From positions 22,172-86,171 of the forward strand of contig CAVUTN010000008.1 in the NCBI GenBank assembly GCA_963744515.1: a stretch of DNA of 64,000 bases, in the 5' to 3' direction. The notes under the pieces were generated by a model. The model made no database searches, had not been told where the DNA came from, and saw only the letters and a program-made list of their open reading frames with translations. This document shows, piece after piece, positions 54,130-64,000 of this stretch. Position numbers and translations under genes: made by a program. Position 1 is the first letter of the stretch. Each line of letters begins with the position of its first letter. Origin of the DNA: an uncultured Actinomycetes bacterium (GTDB taxonomy: Bacteria > Actinomycetota > UBA4738 > HRBIN12).

Positions 54130-54215
54130 GGCCCGGCAGGCTAGCGGAACCGGGCCGAGTTCCCCCGATCGGCCGACTTGAGTCGGTGCGATCGACCGCC
54201 GAGGGTAGACGGGAC

Positions 54216-55487
54216 ATGCCCGCACGGCCCCTGCGGCGCTTGGTCGCCGTCCTCGTGTGTTCAGCGTGCCTGCTGCTTCCGCAGGTCGCGTCGCCCGTGC
54301 CCGGCTCCGAGGTCACCCGCGGCGAACGCGGCTCCGGCCCCGCGACCTGGAGCGCCGGCCGTGCCGCATCGAACGCCGACCGTGCCGCGGCGGCGAGCGG
54401 GATCCACTGGTCCGACGTCCCGAACTCCCTGTGGGCGCACACCGCGATCGACTTCGTCGGCGCGGCGAACGACTGGATGCGCGATCGCAAGGCGGCGGAG
54501 GACGGCACCTACGCGTTCCAGCCCGACCGGCTCGAGAGCCGCAAGCTGTTCGCGCGGGCGTTGTTCCGCGCGTTCGGGTCCGGGCTCGAACAGGATCCGA
54601 AGCTGACGTTCACCGGATCTCCCCGCGACCGACCGCTTCTCCCGCTACGCGAACGTGAGCGTGACCGCGGGGTGGATGCAGGTCGACGACACGGGCGCGT
54701 TCCGTCCGACCGAGCCGGTGACGACGCGCGAGGTGCATCGCGCGCTCGTCCTGGCGATCGGCATGGGCGATCTCGCGGCGGGCGCCGACGCCCTGCATCT
54801 GCGGGACGGGACCGAGATCGCGACGCCGAAGGACTTCGGCACGCTCCTGATCGGGATGCGGATCGGCCTGCGCTACAACCACGGCGACGAATCGCTCGAC
54901 GTCGGTCCCGACCAACCCCTGCCTCGAGCGGAGGTGGCCTGGTCGCTGTTCCGCGCCGCGACCGAGCCGTCGTGGATGCACGACTCGCTGTCCAAGTACG
55001 CGAACATGACCCTGCCGAACCTCACCAAGAAGATGCGATCGGTCGTGGACTTCGCGATCGGGTACGTCGGCTACCCGTACGTGTGGGGCGGCGACTGGTA
55101 CCAGCGGGCGCCGAAGGGGTACTGCTGCGGCTACCAGCCGGTCGGCGGGTTCGACTGCTCGGGCCTCACGTGGTGGGTGATGAAGCAGGCGGTGGACGGG
55201 TGGGACAACACGCCCTCCGCGCGGCTACGGCGGATGGTCGCTGCCGCAACGGACCTCGGCGTCGATGGCGTCGGTCGGCAGGAAGATCCGCTGGGACGAG
55301 ATCCGCCCCGGCGACCTCCTGTTCTACGACGGAGACGACGACGGGACGGTCGACCACGTCGACACCTACGTCGGCAACGGCTGGGCGATCGACTCGGGCG
55401 GCAGCAACGCCGGCGTCACGTTCACGCGCGTCGTCCGGCACGTGGTACGAGGATCACTTCGTGCACGGCCGGCGCGTGATCGGCTAG
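54216..55487 (+). CDS. Secreted NlpC/P60 (C40) peptidase with SLH-like repeats (frameshifts)
   Basis: WSDVPNSLWAHTAI, FTDLPATDRF, FRPTEPVTTRE, LPRAEVA (SLH-like); YPYVWGG, FDCSG, PGDLLFY, DHV. Confidence 0.82.
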   Translation: MPARPLRRLVAVLVCSACLLLPQVASPVPGSEVTRGERGSGPATWSAGRAASNADRAAAASGIHWSDVPNSLWAHTAIDFVGAANDWMRDRKAAEDGTYAFQPDRLESRKLFARALFRAFGSGLEQDPKLTFTGSPRDRPLLPLRERERDRGVDAGRRHGRVPSDRAGDDARGASRARPGDRHGRSRGGRRRPASAGRDRDRDAEGLRHAPDRDADRPALQPRRRIARRRSRPTPASSGGGLVAVPRRDRAVVDARLAVQVREHDPAEPHQEDAIGRGLRDRVRRLPVRVGRRLVPAGAEGVLLRLPAGRRVRLLGPHVVGDEAGGGRVGQHALRAATADGRCRNGPRRRWRRSAGRSAGTRSAPATSCSTTETTTGRSTTSTPTSATAGRSTRAAATPASRSRASSGTWYEDHFVHGRRVIG

Positions 55488-55491
55488 CCGG

Positions 55492-55893
55492 TCAGGTCGT
55501 CGCTCGCTCCGCCTCCAACGCCTCGCGTTCGGCATCGGTGAGGGGCCGGGAGCGGCCCGTCCCGGGGTCTCGAGGCACCACCACCGACCGCGCCTCGGCC
55601 GAGATCGTCCCGTCCTGCTTGCGCACCTCCTCGCGCGTCCCGACGCTCGAGCGCCCGATCCGGTCGAGCGTGCACCGCACGATCACCGCCCCGTCGTCCT
55701 GCGTGAGCTCGGCGCGGAAGTCGATCTCCACGCGGGCCAGGACGAAGTCCCACGTCGAGCCGGAGACGGCCCCGAGCACCGCCTGGACCCAGGCGTCCCG
55801 CGCCTCCTCGAGGTAGTTGAGGTAGACGGCGTTGTTCACGTGACCGTAGGCGTCGACGTCGCGCCAGCGGATCTCGATGCGCTTCTCGAGCAT
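55492..55893 (-). CDS. Acyl-CoA thioesterase (YbgC/4HBT family)
   Basis: IRWRDVDAYGHVNNAVYLNYLEEAR. Confidence 0.92.
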   Translation of the reverse strand: MLEKRIEIRWRDVDAYGHVNNAVYLNYLEEARDAWVQAVLGAVSGSTWDFVLARVEIDFRAELTQDDGAVIVRCTLDRIGRSSVGTREEVRKQDGTISAEARSVVVPRDPGTGRSRPLTDAEREALEAERATT

Positions 55894-55945
55894 CAGGGTT
55901 CGAGCCGTCCGCGGTCCGGGGCCGACCGGGTCGGGTCCGCGAACA

Positions 55946-56173
55946 TCACTCATCGATCCGGTCCACCCCGAGCCCCCGTTCCGCGAGCCACACGACGGCG
56001 TCCGCGATCCGCTCGTCGTCCCCGTCGACCTCGACGATGACCCAGCCGCCCCGCTCCTCGATGTTCGCGCGCCGGATGTTGGTGACCAGCCCGAACTCGG
56101 TCGCCAGCCGGTGCAGGATCGGTTCGGAGGCCAGGTGCCCCGGGAACGTGAGATGCAGCCGAGCCGAACCCAC
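55946..56173 (-). CDS. Stand-alone NIL domain protein
   Basis: RLHLTFP...EPILHRLATEFGLVTNIRRANIE...GWVIVEVDG...AVVWLAERGLGV. Confidence 0.8.
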   Translation of the reverse strand: MGSARLHLTFPGHLASEPILHRLATEFGLVTNIRRANIEERGGWVIVEVDGDDERIADAVVWLAERGLGVDRIDE

Positions 56174-56314
56174 GATCGATTCTGGCACGACGGGAGGCGC
56201 GGAGGCGCCGAGACGCGGAGGCCCCGGATGGCTCCGGGGCCTCGGCGTGAGAGAGGGGGCTCCTGCTGAACGTTCGTCCCGATGGGGCGCCCGGTTCACC
56301 GGCCCGGACGAAGC

Positions 56315-56342
56315 GAAGCGGCCCCCCGGAGAGGGCCGCTTC
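56315..56342 (-). terminator. Stem-loop downstream of groEL
   Basis: GAAGCGGCCC...GGGCCGCTTC 10-bp stem. Confidence 0.65.
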
Positions 56343-56364
56343 GACGTGCTTCGGACCGACGGAC

Positions 56365-57984
<1,620 letters not shown>

Positions 57985-58044
57985 CGGCTCCTCCTCTGCT
58001 CGGTTCCGCGCGGCTACTACCTGCGCAGATACCCTCGATGACTG

Positions 58045-58071
58045 CTAGCACTCTCGACAACCGAGTGCTAA
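58045..58071 (-). promoter_or_regulatory. CIRCE element (HrcA operator)
   Basis: TTAGCACTC-N9-GAGTGCTAG on the minus strand upstream of groEL. Confidence 0.95.
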
Positions 58072-58143
58072 CGCATGGTACCCAGCCGGGCCGCCGGATG
58101 GCAAGGGCGTGCGGCCGCTCACGTGGCCGCCGGCCTGGCGTGC

Positions 58144-58670
58144 TCAGCAGTCCCGGAACGTCTCGACGCTCACGAGCGTGTCCCCGGCGTCCGCGTCGTA
58201 CACGTCCTGGCCCGGTCCGCCGTTCGCGACGTCGTTGCCCCCGATGCCGTCGTCGGTGGCCACGCAGAAGTCCCGGCCACGGCCGCCCTGCACGATGTCC
58301 GAACCCGAGTCGCCCCGGACGGCGTCTCGGCTGGGGCCACCCTCGACGTGGTCGTCGGAGCCTCCGCCCGTGACCAGATCGGCCCCCCGCCCGCCGCTCA
58401 CGTCGTCGGCGCCGGGGCCACCGTCGATCCGGTCGTTGCCCCGGCCACCCACGATCCGATCGTTCCCGCCGAGCCCGACGATCGCGTCGTTCCCGTTGCG
58501 ACCGCAGATCACGTCCCGACCGGGCGTGCCCCGAAGGACGTCGTTGCCGTCCGTACCCGAGATCGTGCACCCGGACGGGCCGGCGGGGTCGAGCTGGCCG
58601 AGCGGCGACCGCGCTCGGAACGATCATCGACGCGAGGACGCCGACGACGACGGCCGCGCGCCGGCACCGA

Positions 58671-58674
<4 letters not shown>
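58144..58674 (-). CDS. Secreted hemolysin-type Ca-binding (GGxGxD) repeat protein, N-terminal frameshifts
   Basis: [23 protein letters not shown], then [21 protein letters not shown] nonapeptide repeats. Confidence 0.8.
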
Positions 58675-60633
<1,959 letters not shown>

Positions 60634-60809
60634 GGGTACGACCCCCTCGCACGGTGCGAACCGTCACGCATCGTACGGCCCGCAGGCTCGAAGGGCACCT
60701 CGGGAATGGGCCTCGAGGTGCTTGCATCCGTGCCTGGCAGGCCCCAGCATCGTGCCTAGAGGCCGCCATGGAGGCGGCCTCGAACCCTGCGGGGGGAAGG
60801 AGGCCCAAC

Positions 60810-60965
60810 GTGGCCACGTACGAGGGGTACTGCGTGAAGGACCGCGAGAAGGTCCAGTTCGAGGGCACCGTGGTCGAGCTCAAGAACGGTCGGAAGGCTG
60901 CTCAGGGCACCTGTCCGAAGTGCGGGACGAAGGTGATGCGGATCCTGGGCAAGAGCGACGCCTAG
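60810..60965 (+). CDS. DUF5679-like small zinc-ribbon protein
   Basis: RBS AAGGAGG; YCVKDREK...KNGRKAAQGTCPKCGTKVMRILG. Confidence 0.8.
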   Translation: MATYEGYCVKDREKVQFEGTVVELKNGRKAAQGTCPKCGTKVMRILGKSDA

Positions 60966-61001
60966 AGCCCGCCGTTCGGAGCCGGGGCCTCCCGGCTCCG
61001 T

Positions 61002-61538
61002 TCAGGCAGGCAGCGGTGCCTGCGGAGCCTCCTCGGCAGACGCCGTCTCGTTCAACCCCGAGAGGAGCTGCTCCGACGTGAAGACCGTCGGGCCGGCCGT
61101 GCGCTGGTGGCGTTCGGCCAGGTCGGCGACCGTGGTGCGCTGGAAGACCCCGTCGATGGCCCGAGCCACCTCCCCCCAGAAACCCTGGAGCCCGCAGCGC
61201 GAATCCGCGAAGCAGGTGTGGTCCGTCGGCTCCAGGCAGAACATCGGGTAGAGCTGCCCCTCGATCGCGTCGGCGATCTGGGCCACGGTGATCTGGGCGG
61301 GGTCCTTGGCCAGGCGGCACCCGCCGCCGGCGCCTCGGAAGCTCTCGACCAGGCCCGCCTTGTGGAGCGCGCCCAACTGCTGCTCGAGGAACCGGACCGG
61401 GATCTGCTGTGCCTGCGCGATCTCGCGGGCGGGCACGAGGGCCCCGCTCTCCCGGCGCATCGACAGCTCGATCATCGCCCGCATGGCGTACTCGAGCTTC
61501 TGGGAGATCTTCAGCATGCCGGTCTTCTCTGCGCTCAT
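61002..61538 (-). CDS. Rrf2 family transcriptional regulator with three Cys
   Basis: KLEYAMRA, FLEQQL, VESFRGAGGGCRLAKDP, C-x7-C-x5-C. Confidence 0.92.
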   Translation of the reverse strand: MSAEKTGMLKISQKLEYAMRAMIELSMRRESGALVPAREIAQAQQIPVRFLEQQLGALHKAGLVESFRGAGGGCRLAKDPAQITVAQIADAIEGQLYPMFCLEPTDHTCFADSRCGLQGFWGEVARAIDGVFQRTTVADLAERHQRTAGPTVFTSEQLLSGLNETASAEEAPQAPLPA

Positions 61539-61547
61539 CCTCGGGCC

Positions 61548-61575
61548 AATGTAGGAAGGGCCCGGAGGGTGTCAA
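61548..61575 (-). promoter_or_regulatory. Near-consensus promoter TTGACA-N16-TACATT for the Rrf2 gene
   Basis: -35 at 61575-61570, -10 at 61553-61548. Confidence 0.6.
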
Positions 61576-61696
61576 CGAGCCATTCGTGCCTGGGAGGCAC
61601 GCGTGTGGCCCGGCCGGGTCCCACAGAGATGGTCCGCCTGGGCCATATGGCGTGCCCCCGCCTCGACCGATACTCCGGGTAGCGAGCGAACTACGG

Positions 61697-62125
61697 ATGG
61701 AGACGACCTTGCGGGTGCTGGTGATCGACGACGAGCCGGACGTCCTGATGCTCTGCCGGGTGAACCTCGAGCTCGCCGGGCACGAGGTCATCGAGGCGAC
61801 CAACGGCGAGGCGGGCCTCGAGCTCGCCCTGCGGGAGCGTCCGGACGTGGTCGTGCTCGACGTGATGCTCCCCAAGATGGACGGCATCTCGGTCATGGGG
61901 ACCCTCGCGAACGACGAACAGACCCGCGACGTCCCCGTGATCCTGCTCACGGCGAAGACGCAGCTCGAAGACCGTCGTGCGGGGTGGCGGGCCGGGTGCA
62001 CCGAGTACCTGACGAAGCCCTTCTCGCCGGTCGACCTGGTCGGGATCGCCGAGCGGGCCCGCGCGATGTCGACCCTCGAGCGCTCCCACCGCCGGCAGCG
62101 GGAGCTCGCGCAGCTCGGCGCCTGA
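61697..62125 (+). CDS. Single-domain response regulator (receiver only)
   Basis: VIDDE, VLDVMLP (phospho-Asp), LLTAK, YLTKPF. Confidence 0.9.
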   Translation: METTLRVLVIDDEPDVLMLCRVNLELAGHEVIEATNGEAGLELALRERPDVVVLDVMLPKMDGISVMGTLANDEQTRDVPVILLTAKTQLEDRRAGWRAGCTEYLTKPFSPVDLVGIAERARAMSTLERSHRRQRELAQLGA

Positions 62126-62177
62126 GCGGCCCGGCCCACCCGCCGCCCCCGTCCTGGCCCCACGTAGACTCGACGCG

Positions 62178-63422
62178 ATGCTCCCGATCGTCCCCATCCA
62201 GCCCAAGCATGTCTCCGGGTACGCGGAGGCGGCGGGCGAGGAGGCCCTCGAACGCCTCCAGGAGGCGGCACGCCAGCTCCGGGGTCTCCGGGTCCTGAAC
62301 GTCAGCAGCACCGCCTACGGCGGCGGCGTCTCCGAGCTGCTCCAGACGCAGGTCCCGCTCATGAACGACCTCGGCGTCGAGACGACCTGGGTCGTGATCG
62401 AGGGGTCCGACCGGTTCTTCAACGTCACCAAGGCGGTGCACAACGCGCTGCAGGGCGCCGAGACGCATCTGGACGACGAGATGCGCGAGACGTACTGGGA
62501 GCGGATGCACGCGAACGCCGCCGAGCTTCCCGACGACTACGACGTCGTCGTGGTCCACGACCCGCAGCCGGCCGCGATGCTCCAGGTGCTCGAGGACAGC
62601 TCGCGTCGCAAGGGCAAGTGGATCTGGCGATGCCACATCGACCTCTCGGCCCCCTACCGGCCGGTCTGGGACTTCTTCGAGCCGATCGTGAACCGCTACG
62701 ACGCGGCGATCTTCACGGCCGAGGAGTACGTCCAACCCGGGGTGCAGGGCCCGATCAAGGCGTTCATCCCGCCGTCGATCGACCCGCTGAGCCCGAAGAA
62801 CGCGCCGATGATGGAGTCCACCTGGCGCGGCGTCCTGACGCCGTTCGGCGTGGACCCAGAGCGCCCCCTCATCACCCAGGTCTCGCGCTTCGACCCGTGG
62901 AAGGACCCGCTCGGCGTCATCGACGCGTTCCGCCTGGTCCGCCGGGAGGTCCCCGACGCCCAGCTCGCGATGGTCGGATCGCTGGCGCACGACGATCCGG
63001 AAGGCATCCGCTACCTGGACCTCACCACCGAGCACGCCGCGGGCGACCCCGACATCCATCTGCTCACCAACCTGAGCGGGGTGGGCGACAGCGCCGTGAA
63101 CGCGTTCCAGCGGGCGTCCGACGTGATCGTCCAGAAGTCGCTCCGCGAGGGGTTCGGCCTCGTCGTCGCCGAGGGGATGTGGAAGTGGAAGCCCGTCGTG
63201 GGCGGCGACGTGGGGGGCATCCGCCTGCAGATCGAGGACGGGGTGACCGGCTTCCTGGTCAACGGCATCGGCGAGTGCGCGGGCCGCGTGGTCGAGCTCC
63301 TGCGCGATCCGGAGCGGCGCAACGCGATGGGCGAGGCGGGACGCGAGCTCGTCCGGGCGAGCTTCCTGTGCCTGCGCGAGATCGACGACACCCTCCGGTT
63401 GATCTCGCGGATCACGGTATGA
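62178..63422 (+). CDS. GT4 glycosyltransferase, trehalose synthase TreT-like
   Basis: STAYGGGVSELL, VHDPQP, WRCHIDLS, QVSRFDPWKD, QKSLREGFGLVVAEGMWK. Confidence 0.85.
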   Translation: MLPIVPIQPKHVSGYAEAAGEEALERLQEAARQLRGLRVLNVSSTAYGGGVSELLQTQVPLMNDLGVETTWVVIEGSDRFFNVTKAVHNALQGAETHLDDEMRETYWERMHANAAELPDDYDVVVVHDPQPAAMLQVLEDSSRRKGKWIWRCHIDLSAPYRPVWDFFEPIVNRYDAAIFTAEEYVQPGVQGPIKAFIPPSIDPLSPKNAPMMESTWRGVLTPFGVDPERPLITQVSRFDPWKDPLGVIDAFRLVRREVPDAQLAMVGSLAHDDPEGIRYLDLTTEHAAGDPDIHLLTNLSGVGDSAVNAFQRASDVIVQKSLREGFGLVVAEGMWKWKPVVGGDVGGIRLQIEDGVTGFLVNGIGECAGRVVELLRDPERRNAMGEAGRELVRASFLCLREIDDTLRLISRITV

Positions 63423-64000
63423 GTCCACCGATCATCGTCGCCTCGAACCGAGGCCCGTTGACGTTCGAACGCGCCAAGGGCGGCGCCCTCCAGGCTCGGC
63501 GCGGCTCCGGCGGTCTGGTCACGGCGCTGTCCAGCGCCCTGATCGAGGCGGAGGGCGTCTGGGTGGCCGCGGCGATGTCGAAGGGCGACCGCGAGATGGT
63601 CGCGGCCTCCAAGGGCGGCAGGATCGACCACGCGGAGGGGGACGTTCGGTACCGCCTCCGGTACCTCGACATCCCGCCCGACATCTACGACGGCTACTAC
63701 AACCGCATCTCGAACGGCATGCTGTGGTTCGCGCACCACTACCTGTGGGACACGGTCACGTCGCCGTCGTTCGGACCGGACGTCGACGAGGCGTGGGAAG
63801 CGTACGTCGACGTCAACCGTCGCTTCGCGACGGCCCTGGCGGAAGAGGGCGAGGCGCTCGGCGGCGACACCGCGTTCCTGATCCAGGACTACCACCTGTC
63901 GCTGGTCCCGAGGATGCTGCGCGAGCTGGTGCCGGACGCCCTCATCGCGCACTTCTCGCACACCTCGATCGCGGGCCCGACGTACTTCCGCATGCTGCCC
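63419..64000 (+). CDS. GT20 trehalose-6-phosphate synthase-like protein (partial, runs off window)
   Basis: IIVASNRGP, GSGGLVTAL, YYNRISNGMLW, IQDYHLSLVP, HFSH. Confidence 0.88.
   Translation, partial: MSPPIIVASNRGPLTFERAKGGALQARRGSGGLVTALSSALIEAEGVWVAAAMSKGDREMVAASKGGRIDHAEGDVRYRLRYLDIPPDIYDGYYNRISNGMLWFAHHYLWDTVTSPSFGPDVDEAWEAYVDVNRRFATALAEEGEALGGDTAFLIQDYHLSLVPRMLRELVPDALIAHFSHTSIAGPTYFRMLP

Noticed and set aside
58144-58520. Repeated GC-rich units as a CRISPR or DNA repeat array
   Set aside because: They are coding GGxGxD calcium-binding nonapeptides, not identical repeats with spacers.

Overview
High-GC DNA with actinobacterial gene content (groEL with CIRCE, F420-dependent LLM oxidoreductase, MMPL/TetR, many apparent leaderless starts). 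Single-base indels break more than 20 genes, including housekeeping ones, which points to uncorrected long-read errors rather than pseudogenes; coordinates of broken genes are reconstructed by eye. Content from left to right: glycine-betaine ABC transporter and choline dehydrogenase; an amine oxidase, polyamine ABC and aldehyde dehydrogenase block; MMPL/TetR; tdh and kbl; DEAD-box helicase, adenine deaminase, transketolase; an isolated KamA-type radical SAM; two phosphoesterases and two sulfatases; Moco genes with a probable MogA-XdhC fusion; an S9 peptidase and HemK-like methyltransferase; GroES-like protein, SLH-NlpC/P60, groEL, acs, Rrf2; and trehalose genes. The most unusual locus is 43.1-47.9 kb. 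It holds an exported membrane-anchored protein, a PqqD/RRE-like + M50 peptidase + tandem cNMP-binding protein, a small Cys-rich zinc-finger protein, a roughly 46-aa Lys/Ser/Thr-rich peptide with its own RBS and terminator, and a Crp/Fnr regulator. Five Crp-type GTGA-N6-TCAC boxes at 23-24 bp spacing lie in its two intergenic regions. I read it as a candidate cyclic-nucleotide-controlled peptide processing or signalling system (inference). No rRNA, tRNA, CRISPR array or mobile element was recognised.
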